Under the pieces are notes generated by a model. That model saw only the letters and a program-made list of their open reading frames with translations. It did no database searches and was not told the DNA's origin. The position numbers were made by a program, and so were the translations under genes. This document shows, piece by piece, positions 1-10,223 of a stretch of 64,000 nt of DNA (within the stretch, counting starts at the first letter, position 1; the number at the start of each line of letters is the position of its first letter). This DNA comes from Spirochaetia bacterium. GTDB taxonomy: Bacteria > Spirochaetota > Spirochaetia > SP-2023. The stretch spans positions 480,001 to 544,000 of the forward strand of contig OZ253665.1 of the NCBI GenBank assembly GCA_965263295.1. The letters run 5' to 3'.

Positions 1-13
1 CATTTCAAAGTCA

Positions 14-3000
14 ATGCCGCGAAAGCTTCAGAGGCTTCAAGGGACACGGTTACAGAAATTAAAGGATAAGCTTGAGGCGCGTAAGACTCGTTTGCAAGAG
101 GCCCAGTTGTTGAATTGGCAGCATTTTGCGCGCGATGCGTTTGCTTGCTTTGAATTTATTCAGGCCAAACGATTCCCGGAGTCGGGGAAGCGAGATATAC
201 AGGTTTATTGTAGTGAACCGGCATTAGTGGCCCTCTATCGCCAATTACAGATACAAAATTCGGATCCAAGAGTTGAAGCGGGTGGCGTGTTTCTGGATGA
301 ATTTAAGCCATGCAGCACTGGAGAGAGTATCTCGAATTTAAAAGAATTGTGTGCAAGATTTCCATCGCTACAATTTCAAGGCGTTCGAACTTTGCGGCAA
401 TGGAGCTGTGAAGATATTGGCGAGGATGTGGCGAGAACTAATCAGGATAGTATACCACGGAGCTTTGAGTGGGGAAATTGGGATTTGGCTCTGGTGCTGG
501 ATTCTTTATCTAGATGGGGCATTGAAACTTATTACAGCAAGTTGTGCGCTTATTGGTCGGGAGTTCAGGTCGCCTTTGTCGAGTTGGATATGGGCCGCAA
601 CAGCTTGCTGGGGCAAAGGCGGCGGCTATTTGGCCTAACAATTGAAGATAGAGGTGCCCAGGCTGCGACAGGTGGTGAGACCATTGTTTCGGGGCGTTTG
701 GGTTCTGCCGAAAGTTCTAAAACCTTGCCCACAGATACCGAGAGAACTCGCTTTTACCGAGGGGTGGACTATTTACAGCGTGTCTATCGCTGGAGTCAAA
801 GCCTGTCACAGAAAACAAGGCGTAATGACACCAGCAGTTCTGTGTCCTCTGCCGAAGTGTGTCTAGGGAATCTGTTATGCCTGCAACCGGTTTTTTCAGC
901 AGTGAGGTCTCCTCATAAATCTCGTGGGTTGCCAGGGAATCTGCTTCTTTGTCGAGTCGGGCCGCGCCAGCTGTGGCACTTAGCTGTGGCTGGACGTAAG
1001 AAAGGTTTGCCAGACTGTGCTCTAGAGTTTCGCCTCGCCAGAGCTCAAGCACATCCGACACAAGTGGGACAAGGTCAAAACTGGGACTTGGGTCAGGGGT
1101 TGACCTTGCGTTCTCCTGCGATGCGGGGTATCTCATTACAATATGAAACTGGGTTTTGGCAAGAGCTCAATGCGGCTGCCGTAGTGCCTCTTCAGCAAAT
1201 TGTATGGCAACGGGAAAAAAGAATATGGCAGAATTTGCGTCAAACGGCACAAGATCTAGCTGAGTTGGTCCCTCCGCAGCAGAAATCGTTCTGCCTTTTA
1301 ATTGAGCGTGAAGTCTCTCAATTGTTGGGTCATTTGGAACAGTTTGAAGAGAAGCGTGAAGCAAGGAACGGGGGAAAGTTGCCAGAGATTTGCGTACAAA
1401 AAGCTTGGCGCAAGGGTCTACATAGTCGGGCAGCGACACAACAGCCGCTTTGGAGGTTGGCAGATTGCCGGCGCTTTTGGACGGAGTTTTTTCAGCACAG
1501 TAAAGATGCTAAACATAATCAAAAAGTAGGGATACCAGCATTTCTACTGTGGCAACTCTGGGCCCAGCTAGAGCCGAATATAGCCTATAAATTAAGAAAA
1601 AATAAGAAAATATCTCGATTTTTAAAGCGTGTGCGCCCACAGTTTGAAACCTTGTTGCAGCATTTAGGAATCGTAGATCTGTGGCAACTCCGGCCCCAGT
1701 TGGAATATCGTTTTGCCGGTTTTTTGCGCCTGCCAATTCAAGGTGCCAAAGCCTGGCGTCAACTGCTTTCTAGGGAAGTTCCTGGGGCTGCGCAAACCAG
1801 ACTGCAGCGCATCCTCCGGTTTGTTATGCCGCTGCGGATCAACGAGAGAGGAGCTTATTATCTGTGGCCTGATTGGAGGTCGGCTTTATTTAGCTGTGTG
1901 GCAGGTTCCTCAAGTTTCCCAGAGGAGCAATTGATGGAACAACGGGGAATAGAGCAACGAGAGTCACAGGATCTGCTTGCCCGCGTCCACAAGTATTTGA
2001 GCCGGGAGGCTCAGGCCAGTGCGCGCGTCGCTCGGCTGGAAGGGCAACTGCAAGATTTCATGCAATGTTGTGCGAAAGACGCCCGACTGGCCGATAAATG
2101 GCTGGAGTCTTTGCCTCTAGAGGCTCCGCCCCGGCCCCCCGTAAGTGGGGGCTGGAAACTGTGGAGTGTAGCCGCTCATCTTTCAAATTATTGGCCAGGC
2201 CGATTGCAAAATACTTTTTTATTGGCGGTTGGAGTCGTTTCACATGCCGGTCAAGTTTTGGCAGACGGGATACGCCAGTGCGGAATAACCGTGTTGCAGT
2301 TTGTCTTTGGTCATTTGTGGCAGAGAGCTGCGCTTTGGCTTGAACGTGCAGAGCAGAGAAGGATTCGGCGTCTACAGGGACACGCTGCACGGGTTGAGGC
2401 CAAGCGGCTTGCAACGGCAGATAAGTTGCAGCGTAAGGAAGTTGCGTCGTCGGCTCGCCGCGAAAGACGGGCCGCACGGCAGGAGAGTCGCGCTGTATTG
2501 CGCCGTGAGGCTATGGCGCAACGTAAGATGCGCCAACGCTTGAAGGTTGAAGCCGCCGCAGCCAGGAAGGCTCAGCGAACCCAGCGTCTGCGCAAACGTC
2601 TGGCAGTTCGGCTACAAAGTCAGCGTCAGCATTTGCAGCGCCAGGAACAAAGGCAGTTACAGCTTATTTCCTGGATGGAAAGTTTACATTCATTTTGGGC
2701 TCCTTTTGCCCGTGCAGCCCGTACCTGGTCGTCATTTTATGCGAGACATCAGATGTCGGTAATCCTTGCTGCCAGTTCTGCTGTTTTAATGCTGTTTGTG
2801 CTGCTTTTTGTTCCGCGTGGGCTCTACCGTGATGCGGCTCAAACATTGCAAAATATGGTGGTCCGTTGGTCGCAGTCGCCTGCGGAGCTTGAGGGTGAAA
2901 AGCTGCTGAGCCTGGCCCCACCTGTTGCCATTCCTGATTTAGAGGCCTTGGCTCCGGCGGCAAGGCCTTCTGCTGGCGCAGAGGTCAATGGACCGGAAGT

Positions 3001-4123
3001 CAATAAAGCTGAGGGTCCAGAACTGGAGACAGGCGATAAGGTTAGAGATTTCAAAGCCGCTGCGAAGGATCAGAATACGCAGAATTCGGCAGGGAATAAT
3101 TCTGAGAGTCGCGCGGCCAGAGAGCCGGCCAATGACTTACAGACGATGACAAAAATGGGCAGTCAAAGTAACGACTCTGCAAATTCTGGCGGTACCAAAG
3201 GAGAACAAGCCCTGTCGCCTGCCCGCGGCGGGTCTTTGTCTCTCCCAAAACCGGCGGCCGATAATACAAAAAGCCAGGAGAAAAAGCAAACTGAGCCTCA
3301 AGCTGAATCGGAAAGTAATAAGCTAGAAAAATCTCCTGAATCGGGAGTGCCAAAGTCTAAGCCGTCAGCAGCGTCTTCATCTGATAGCCCAGCTGCAGCA
3401 AATGCTAGAGTTGATGAAGATAGCGAGGGTATGGGCGACAAGGAAAAGGACAAGGATAAAGTTTCTGGAGCCGTAAAGCCTATAGATATTACGGGAAGCC
3501 CTCTCGCTCCGCTTGATGAGGGCAAAACGCAGAAGACGCCAGAAGTCTCAATTAAACAGGATCCGGCCGTACTGGAGGCGGGAGACGAGCAGACCAGCGC
3601 AAAGGCCTCTGGCGGAGTGGCCCCTCCAATTATCACGGATCAAGGAGCGGTAGCTGGACCAGGCGACAAGGCTGTTGTGGACTCGGAACAAGGTGCTGAA
3701 GTTGAAGCTGAGACCGCAACACCTGCGAAACCTGAACCGGCCGCAGGGAATGCCACCACTAAGGACTCAGAGAAGGACGAGGACGGCGCAGAAAATCTAG
3801 CCGCTGAGGCTCCTGGTGCCTTGCAAGCAGAAGAATCAAACGAGCAAGCCCGCGATGGAACTGTGGAGGACGCGGATAAAAATGAGCCCCAGAAAGAGGA
3901 GCAAGAGGACCAGAACCAGTCCCCAATTAATGACACCCAAGAAACCGGAGAAGAAACAGAAACCGGAGAAGAAACCGAGGAGGAAGTAAAATCCCCACCT
4001 GCAGATTCGACTTCGGATAATATTGAGTCACCAGCAGGTGGAGTTATCGCAGCAGATAGACCTACGGATCAAGCTGTGGCGGCGCCTGTTGAAAGTAATG
4101 TTGAGCCATCAGCTGCGCAATAG
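14..4123 (+). CDS. Large hypothetical membrane-anchored protein (basic N-terminal region, Arg/Gln-rich coiled coil, one TM helix, long acidic low-complexity C-terminal tail); may start upstream of the window
   Basis: 1369-aa ORF; hydrophobic segment MSVILAASSAVLMLFVLLFV near aa 915-935; C-terminal ~400 aa rich in E/D/S/A/K/P; frame is open back to the window edge. Confidence 0.75.
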   Translation: MPRKLQRLQGTRLQKLKDKLEARKTRLQEAQLLNWQHFARDAFACFEFIQAKRFPESGKRDIQVYCSEPALVALYRQLQIQNSDPRVEAGGVFLDEFKPCSTGESISNLKELCARFPSLQFQGVRTLRQWSCEDIGEDVARTNQDSIPRSFEWGNWDLALVLDSLSRWGIETYYSKLCAYWSGVQVAFVELDMGRNSLLGQRRRLFGLTIEDRGAQAATGGETIVSGRLGSAESSKTLPTDTERTRFYRGVDYLQRVYRWSQSLSQKTRRNDTSSSVSSAEVCLGNLLCLQPVFSAVRSPHKSRGLPGNLLLCRVGPRQLWHLAVAGRKKGLPDCALEFRLARAQAHPTQVGQGQNWDLGQGLTLRSPAMRGISLQYETGFWQELNAAAVVPLQQIVWQREKRIWQNLRQTAQDLAELVPPQQKSFCLLIEREVSQLLGHLEQFEEKREARNGGKLPEICVQKAWRKGLHSRAATQQPLWRLADCRRFWTEFFQHSKDAKHNQKVGIPAFLLWQLWAQLEPNIAYKLRKNKKISRFLKRVRPQFETLLQHLGIVDLWQLRPQLEYRFAGFLRLPIQGAKAWRQLLSREVPGAAQTRLQRILRFVMPLRINERGAYYLWPDWRSALFSCVAGSSSFPEEQLMEQRGIEQRESQDLLARVHKYLSREAQASARVARLEGQLQDFMQCCAKDARLADKWLESLPLEAPPRPPVSGGWKLWSVAAHLSNYWPGRLQNTFLLAVGVVSHAGQVLADGIRQCGITVLQFVFGHLWQRAALWLERAEQRRIRRLQGHAARVEAKRLATADKLQRKEVASSARRERRAARQESRAVLRREAMAQRKMRQRLKVEAAAARKAQRTQRLRKRLAVRLQSQRQHLQRQEQRQLQLISWMESLHSFWAPFARAARTWSSFYARHQMSVILAASSAVLMLFVLLFVPRGLYRDAAQTLQNMVVRWSQSPAELEGEKLLSLAPPVAIPDLEALAPAARPSAGAEVNGPEVNKAEGPELETGDKVRDFKAAAKDQNTQNSAGNNSESRAAREPANDLQTMTKMGSQSNDSANSGGTKGEQALSPARGGSLSLPKPAADNTKSQEKKQTEPQAESESNKLEKSPESGVPKSKPSAASSSDSPAAANARVDEDSEGMGDKEKDKDKVSGAVKPIDITGSPLAPLDEGKTQKTPEVSIKQDPAVLEAGDEQTSAKASGGVAPPIITDQGAVAGPGDKAVVDSEQGAEVEAETATPAKPEPAAGNATTKDSEKDEDGAENLAAEAPGALQAEESNEQARDGTVEDADKNEPQKEEQEDQNQSPINDTQETGEETETGEETEEEVKSPPADSTSDNIESPAGGVIAADRPTDQAVAAPVESNVEPSAAQ
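3941..3976 (+). repeat. 18-bp tandem duplication in coding sequence (ETGEET x2)
   Basis: gaaaccggagaagaaaca followed by gaaaccggagaagaaacc. Confidence 0.85.
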
Positions 4124-5038
4124 GCGGCTCAAGACTTGGTTCATGAGGGCGAAACTGCGAGCCTCTAATAGGTCTGGCGTGTCTCCCTGTGTGTGGATAC
4201 TTTGCCAGGACTTGGGTTTTTTGCCGCTTTGCTGCCAGACTTTGATATCATTTTGCGGCAGTGTAGAAAAGAGCAATGCGGGGTAATCCCAGAGGTTCAG
4301 GCCTAGATTGTCCGAAAAATAGTACTGGTATTTGAGGATTTTGGCGATGGGAATTCTGAATAATGCGTCTTCCTGGATCTGGTTTAAAATTTGTTCTTGC
4401 CGTAATTGTACCTTTTTGTTGCTTATAATATTGGGTAAGTAACACAAAGTGTCGCCGATACCACACTGGTCAAAAACAAAAAAGACGTAACGAAGTTTTG
4501 GGTTGCGTTTGCGAAAGTTCTGGGCGAGCATATACGCACCTTGCTCATTGATATGTTCTTTGGAGCGCAGTTCTTCGTGATCCGTAAAGATGATTTGCAT
4601 AGGAGTCTTGATAACCGGCTGCTCTCTTTTCATCTGGGCTGCCAAATTGAGCAGATGCCAGACTGCCGCGCTGTTATCATTGGCACCTGGAGTCTGCAGG
4701 CGGCGGTCATAATGGGCGATAAAGCATTTAGCCTGAAACAACTTGTTGTGATCAGAGTGTCTTTGCGCTTGTATTTCAAGTTGATAGTCTGGTTTGACAA
4801 CGATATGGAAGGAATTCTCTGTACGCAGAATGCGGTAGTTGATGCCTATACGGCTGAGAGTCTCTAAAATAAAATTCCGCCTTTGCGAAAAGTTTAAGCA
4901 GCAGAAATATTCAAGTAAATCATAATGCAAAGCCTCTGGAAACATTAGCAACTGCTGTTCCAGGCTATCTTCAAGATGGCGCTCGCGATGCGCTGTAGAA
5001 TGGGCCGAGCCATTCCACTCTTGTGGTGTTTGTGTCAT
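4109..5038 (-). CDS. M28-family zinc peptidase
   Basis: Motifs AHYD, GANDNSAAV, DHEE, FDQCG and HTQGDT. Start chosen at ATG 5038 (ORF open to 5086). Overlaps the 3' end of the convergent ORF 14..4123. Confidence 0.8.
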   Translation of the reverse strand: MTQTPQEWNGSAHSTAHRERHLEDSLEQQLLMFPEALHYDLLEYFCCLNFSQRRNFILETLSRIGINYRILRTENSFHIVVKPDYQLEIQAQRHSDHNKLFQAKCFIAHYDRRLQTPGANDNSAAVWHLLNLAAQMKREQPVIKTPMQIIFTDHEELRSKEHINEQGAYMLAQNFRKRNPKLRYVFFVFDQCGIGDTLCYLPNIISNKKVQLRQEQILNQIQEDALFRIPIAKILKYQYYFSDNLGLNLWDYPALLFSTLPQNDIKVWQQSGKKPKSWQSIHTQGDTPDLLEARSFALMNQVLSRLLRS

Positions 5039-5109
5039 TGTTCCCCCCCAGTGGAGACAAAACGCTGCTCCACTAGACAACTTCAATTTTACTGTAATCT
5101 AATCCTAGA

Positions 5110-6312
5110 TCAAATATCTTCACCTACATCTACATTTTCCAGATTTTTGTGGAGATTGTGAATACGCAGGCCTTTCATTTTTTTAGCGGCTTTGATGTCT
5201 TCGAGAAAATCGGGTATTATTTCTGGGTTATCGTTAAGGAAGTCAAACATAGAATAATAAACTTCTGTTCCTTTGCGCCCTTTTAGTTCGGCAGACATAC
5301 GGTATTTTTCTGGAATTTCAAAGTTCAGGCGTTCGCGTATGGCTTCGGAGATTACAAAGCCGCCTTCAGGAGCCTTGCCTTCCAAGCGTGAGGCCGTATT
5401 TACGGTATCGCCGATCAAGGTATTGTCGTAGCGATCATTCCCCCCCACGTTGCCGCGAATGACTTTGCCAATGTGCATGCCAATGCGAAACTGGACAATT
5501 TCTTCACCGTTTTGGCTCTTGATCTGATTTAACTCGTGTACTTCACGTTGAATTCCATAGATTGCTTTGATGGCTAAGTTTAGGTCGTTAAAAATAGCCA
5601 GGAAGGCATCCCCGATGAATTTGTCGATATCGCCCAAAAAATAAAATATATAACGGCTGGCAATCTCAAAGATAACATTTAGCATTTCAACTATTTCTTT
5701 GGGCGGTTTGTACTGTGACAATGTCGAAAATTTACAGATATCGGCAAAACATATTACTAGCTCAGTCTCTTCGCTATTGAGTTCAAGACGTTGTTTTTCG
5801 GCAAAGTCTTCGGCTTTATGCCAGATGGTTCGGGGGATATAATTCTTGATTATATCCAACAATATAAAATCGCGAATTGCCTTCTCCTGCAATTGCGAGA
5901 CCTGTAAGGCTATTTTGTCTAAATGATTGGCACGAAAGAGGATGAGTTGCATATATTCAATTAGCGAGGTTTTGAGATGCTTTTCTTCAAGGTAGCTTTC
6001 ACAGCCGCAGTTGATTATTGCTGAAAGGCTTACAGGATTGATTTCAGGGATAATGCCCATGACTGGCACGAATCGGAATACTTCATCGCTCTTCAGGGCC
6101 TGTATGTCTTTGAACAAGCTGGTGTTGCGGAAGTCGGCGACCAGGAGACTGAGGTTGTATTCTGGATCAAATAGCAATATTTCGGCTTCGGCAAAGTTAG
6201 GGATCAGCTGAATGTCATATTCTTCCTGATGCTCTAAGGCAAAGTATTGCCGAATCCGGTCAACTGGAAATTTTTTCCCACTAATAAAAATGATGCGCCT
6301 TGAGATATCCAT
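5110..6312 (-). CDS. Class III adenylate/guanylate cyclase with N-terminal receiver-like domain
   Basis: FADICKFS, KFIGDA, RIGMHIG and IGDTVNTASRLE motifs; N-terminus has receiver-like pattern (LLVAD, VPVMGI). Confidence 0.85.
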   Translation of the reverse strand: MDISRRIIFISGKKFPVDRIRQYFALEHQEEYDIQLIPNFAEAEILLFDPEYNLSLLVADFRNTSLFKDIQALKSDEVFRFVPVMGIIPEINPVSLSAIINCGCESYLEEKHLKTSLIEYMQLILFRANHLDKIALQVSQLQEKAIRDFILLDIIKNYIPRTIWHKAEDFAEKQRLELNSEETELVICFADICKFSTLSQYKPPKEIVEMLNVIFEIASRYIFYFLGDIDKFIGDAFLAIFNDLNLAIKAIYGIQREVHELNQIKSQNGEEIVQFRIGMHIGKVIRGNVGGNDRYDNTLIGDTVNTASRLEGKAPEGGFVISEAIRERLNFEIPEKYRMSAELKGRKGTEVYYSMFDFLNDNPEIIPDFLEDIKAAKKMKGLRIHNLHKNLENVDVGEDI

Positions 6313-6443
6313 AATTGGCCATGTTAAATTAAGCAGGAACAAGCGTCAATTACATTTGGGCTATAAATTATAGCTTCGCTTAGATATTTGCCGCAGCTTG
6401 TCGATATGTTGTATCTGAGGTGAGGGCTAGCTACAATGTCTTC

Positions 6444-7745
6444 ATGTTTTTACAAGATATGCGCAAGCTGCGGGAACAGGGCCGAAAGGTTCGCGTCGGC
6501 TTGGTGGGTGCGGGACAAATGGGAGAAGGCTTGATTTGCCAGTGCGAACGCATTGGAGGTCGGCGTGGCGGGTTGGAAGTCAGTGCTGTATTTTCTCGGC
6601 GTGTCAGCTCCTGTGAAGCCGCCTTTTCATCGGCTGGTTTACCCGCCTCTCAGGTCGTCCTTTGCGATAGTGCCGGCGCTGCCGATGAGGCCCTTTGGCA
6701 AGGGAAGCGAGCCATTATTAGCAGTCTAGAGCAGCTTTGTGCGATTGAGCAACTGGACTTAATAGTCGAAGCGACCGGGATCCCAGAAATCGGCGCCCGA
6801 GCTGCATTACAGGCTATTGCAAATCGCAAACATATTGTCCAAATGAATGTGGAAGCCGATGCCACTGTCGGTTATATCCTGAGGCAAAAAGCTCAGGCAG
6901 CAGGGGTGATCTACACGCTCTCCAGCGGTGATGAGCCAGGCGCCATTATGGAGCTCTATGATTTTGCCCGTACTCTAGGGTTTGAGGTTATATGCGTGGG
7001 CAAGGGCAAGAATAACCGTGTGCACCGCCATGCCACGGCTGCCGATCCGGCAGTACAGGCCAAGGCTCGACGTTTCCGCATGAATCCCACTATGTTAACT
7101 TCTTTTGTCGATGGTTCAAAAACCATGGTTGAGATGTGTAGCCTGGGTAATGCGATTGGCTACACGCCGACACAACGCGGCATGGAGGGACACGAGGTCA
7201 CGCCGCAGACGATTGCCCAGGTATATTGCCCTGTGGAGTCTGGCGGTATTTTGCGGCGGAATAAAGTCTTGGACTACGCTTATGGCATTGCTCCCGGCGT
7301 ATTTGTCGTTATTAAGGTCGATCACCCCAAGTTATTGTTGGATTTTCAGTATTTGGCCCTGGGTGACGGCCCTTATTATCCCTTATATCGGCCATATCAT
7401 CTGGTCAGTCTGGAAACTCCAATCAGCATTTTGCGTTGTGTCTTGCATGGTCAGACCAGCTTGGCTACAGAGCGTAAGCCATTAAATGAGGCCCTGGCAC
7501 TAGCCAAGCGCAATTTGGAACCAGGCTGGGAGCTCGGAAAAGTTGGGGGCGAAAATTATTATGGTTCTATTGACATTTGTGCTCATTCGAAAAGGATATT
7601 GCCCTTGGGCCTTGCAGGTGCGGCTCGACTCAAAAAAGCGGTTGCGGCGGATCAACCTATTACTTATGAAGACGTGGAGTTGAATGCCGATTCTTGTATT
7701 GTACAGTTGCGCGCAGAGCAGGATGCCTTGTTGGCATGTGGTTGA
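6444..7745 (+). CDS. NAD(P)-dependent oxidoreductase with C-terminal SAF domain (homoserine-dehydrogenase-like, COG4091 type)
   Basis: GLVGAGQMG Rossmann motif, EATG, MNVEAD, GDEPG, SFVDGSK, LYRPYHL; C-terminal AKRNL...ITYEDV SAF segment. Confidence 0.85.
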   Translation: MFLQDMRKLREQGRKVRVGLVGAGQMGEGLICQCERIGGRRGGLEVSAVFSRRVSSCEAAFSSAGLPASQVVLCDSAGAADEALWQGKRAIISSLEQLCAIEQLDLIVEATGIPEIGARAALQAIANRKHIVQMNVEADATVGYILRQKAQAAGVIYTLSSGDEPGAIMELYDFARTLGFEVICVGKGKNNRVHRHATAADPAVQAKARRFRMNPTMLTSFVDGSKTMVEMCSLGNAIGYTPTQRGMEGHEVTPQTIAQVYCPVESGGILRRNKVLDYAYGIAPGVFVVIKVDHPKLLLDFQYLALGDGPYYPLYRPYHLVSLETPISILRCVLHGQTSLATERKPLNEALALAKRNLEPGWELGKVGGENYYGSIDICAHSKRILPLGLAGAARLKKAVAADQPITYEDVELNADSCIVQLRAEQDALLACG

Positions 7746-7910
7746 TTTTGGGAGAGAATATCCCATTTTAAAATTAAAACAGGATACCAGATTGTTTAAT
7801 CTTATCATATTTGTTTAATATTTAAATATTCGTAGGGGATCTGCATGTGTATCAGAGTTCGGGCCAGACAAATTATATCATTGATACGGCACCTTAACAG
7901 ATTGAAAATA

Positions 7911-9095
7911 ATGGAACAGTATTCGCATGTGCCAAGCTTTGCGGGAGGAGCCTGGCTTATATTCTGTTTTTTGGCTGTTTATCAATTGTGTGCGCAGGAA
8001 TATCAAGCTAATGTTCCTAAGCCTCCAGCTCAGCCCAGTCAATCACAGGATAATACGGAAATCGTTTCGCCTGGGAAAAATCGTGCGGCCAGGGATCCAA
8101 ATTTCCCGCAGCTAGAGTTGACGCCGGCTCCGCTGGATGTTCCCGATTCAGTGCGTGGTGATGGTTTTGTCCGTTCTGAACGACTATATCGCCGGTTTGT
8201 TTTGGAGGCTTTTTCGGGTTATTACGGCTCGGTACTGAGCCTTTACGATGTCGACGACTCAAAGGGTAACTCTAACGGCAACACGCACGAATCAGAATGG
8301 AACAATCTGTACAATATAATTGTGGGAGCTCAAATTTCGGGCAATATTCGTAGGGTTTATTACAACGTATGGTTTGCCATGCCATTTAACCTCGGTTTGG
8401 ATTTGATACACTTGCACAGCTATGAGGATTTGGAAAATCCGGACACTATAAGTTCTCGCGGAACTTTTTCGAGTAAAGTCTCTTATCTTTTTCTGGGTGG
8501 TTTACAAGTTGGCATCAACCAGGTGGTGGAGCGCAAATCGGCCCAATTAATAATAGGTTTTGGTGCCGAAGGCCTTCTCGGTAAGTGGGACATTACCGGC
8601 GGCAATTCTAGTATGGTTAAAGATTTGGGTAGCAAAAAAACACTGGATTTATTTGCTGTTCAGGTTCTACCCTTCATCTACCTGCAGGGTGGTGCTTTTA
8701 TTACGCCGTTTCTGGAAATACTGGGCATGCTAGGATATAGCCCGGTTACTCTCTGGACTATGGAAGAAAATCGTTTTTATGGAGCGACAGCACAGCAATA
8801 CCGGCGCTATGGCTTTTTCGGGCAAACGGTTTTGGGCGAATTTTATTTCCGCTTGTGGCTAAATCGTCGTTTTGCTTTGAAGTTGGGGGCTAAGGGGCGT
8901 TTTACTTTTAAAACTGCGGGAAACTTACGTACTTATAGAATCAATAAGTCTGGCAAGCCATTGGATCCGAAAGAATATGATTTGGCTGTAAATAAGGCGG
9001 GCATGCAAGATCTACAGATTTCAGTTTTCTTGGGTTTGGGTGTGGCATTGGACAAGAATTTGCCCCCCGGGCGTAAATATGCAATGCCGTTTTAA
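7911..9095 (+). CDS. Secreted/outer-membrane beta-barrel-like protein, possibly omptin-related
   Basis: Signal-peptide-like N-terminus from ATG 7911; alternating aromatic/Gly amphipathic strands; GYSP motif; C-terminal Phe. Confidence 0.55.
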   Translation: MEQYSHVPSFAGGAWLIFCFLAVYQLCAQEYQANVPKPPAQPSQSQDNTEIVSPGKNRAARDPNFPQLELTPAPLDVPDSVRGDGFVRSERLYRRFVLEAFSGYYGSVLSLYDVDDSKGNSNGNTHESEWNNLYNIIVGAQISGNIRRVYYNVWFAMPFNLGLDLIHLHSYEDLENPDTISSRGTFSSKVSYLFLGGLQVGINQVVERKSAQLIIGFGAEGLLGKWDITGGNSSMVKDLGSKKTLDLFAVQVLPFIYLQGGAFITPFLEILGMLGYSPVTLWTMEENRFYGATAQQYRRYGFFGQTVLGEFYFRLWLNRRFALKLGAKGRFTFKTAGNLRTYRINKSGKPLDPKEYDLAVNKAGMQDLQISVFLGLGVALDKNLPPGRKYAMPF

Positions 9096-9279
9096 CAACG
9101 GGCATGATACAAAGTCTTATTTCAGCAATGGTGATTAAAAGTGATTGCTCTTCTCGCGCTATCGCTCAATTATTGTGCCTGCCCAATAAGGGCCCGTAAG
9201 GGGGGCGAATAGGCTCCCGCCTGTCTTAATATTTCTTGAGCAAATCAGCAAAAGAATTAAGATATGGTAATGATTGACC

Positions 9280-10176
9280 TTACAAATAGTCTGCGCGGAA
9301 ACTTTGTTCTAACGATGCCCGGCGGATTTCCACGTTGTCCAGCAGGTGGAAGAGCCTGGCCTCTTCCATATCTTTGGTAATATTGGAATCCCCAGCCTGG
9401 AAGGATATATCGGGAGCCCGGCATTCCAGGTTATTGATATCGCTGCGTTGGACCAGGAAGCTTTGCAACTGGACAAAGTGTTGAGGGTTCTCGCAGCGTA
9501 TATTGAACATAATATTGCCGATAGCACGGACCTGGGAGAGCTTGATGATACTTCCATTTTTGATAAAGGCTGTTTGCTGGCAAAGCTCCTCTACTTCGGA
9601 AAGAATATGGGAAGAGAAGAAGATACTACAGTTATTTTTTTGGTTTAACTCCTTTAGCAGAGCAAAAGTATGGGCTTTGATAACGGGGTCAAGGCCTGTG
9701 GTGATTTCATCCATAATAAGCATGCGGGGCTCACCGATCAGAGCCGCAATCAATGAGACTTTACGCTTGTTGCCCTTAGAGAGTTTACGCACCTTCTGGC
9801 TTAAATCTAAATTCAGCTTGTCGGCATAGTTATATATCTTGTCCCTGGCACTGCGGCTGCCCTTCAAGTCCGCGACGTAAAGGAGGTTCTTAAGAGCGCT
9901 GTCCTGCTGGTATAGGAAATCCTGGCTCGCCATAAAGCCTAGCTCTTTTTTAATAATATGCGATTCGCGGACTACGGATTTGCCAAAAATCCGGGCTTCG
10001 CCGGAGCTCGCTTGAATAAAGTTCATCAGGATATTCATAGTCGTTGTTTTACCGGCCCCGTTGGGGCCGATAAAACCCATAATATCGCCCTCTTCCATAG
10101 ATAGGCTAATATCATCCAGAGCCATTTTTCTGTTGTAATACTTGGATAACTGTTTGATTTCTAGTATCTTGCCCAT
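9280..10176 (-). CDS. ABC exporter ATP-binding protein
   Basis: Walker A GPNGAGKTT, signature LSKGNK, Walker B LIMDE, SSH switch. Confidence 0.92.
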   Translation of the reverse strand: MGKILEIKQLSKYYNRKMALDDISLSMEEGDIMGFIGPNGAGKTTTMNILMNFIQASSGEARIFGKSVVRESHIIKKELGFMASQDFLYQQDSALKNLLYVADLKGSRSARDKIYNYADKLNLDLSQKVRKLSKGNKRKVSLIAALIGEPRMLIMDEITTGLDPVIKAHTFALLKELNQKNNCSIFFSSHILSEVEELCQQTAFIKNGSIIKLSQVRAIGNIMFNIRCENPQHFVQLQSFLVQRSDINNLECRAPDISFQAGDSNITKDMEEARLFHLLDNVEIRRASLEQSFRADYL

Positions 10177-10223
10177 TCTTTGGATCTTCCTTTGGCGATG
10201 CTGTCTGCGGGAGCCTGAGCTGC

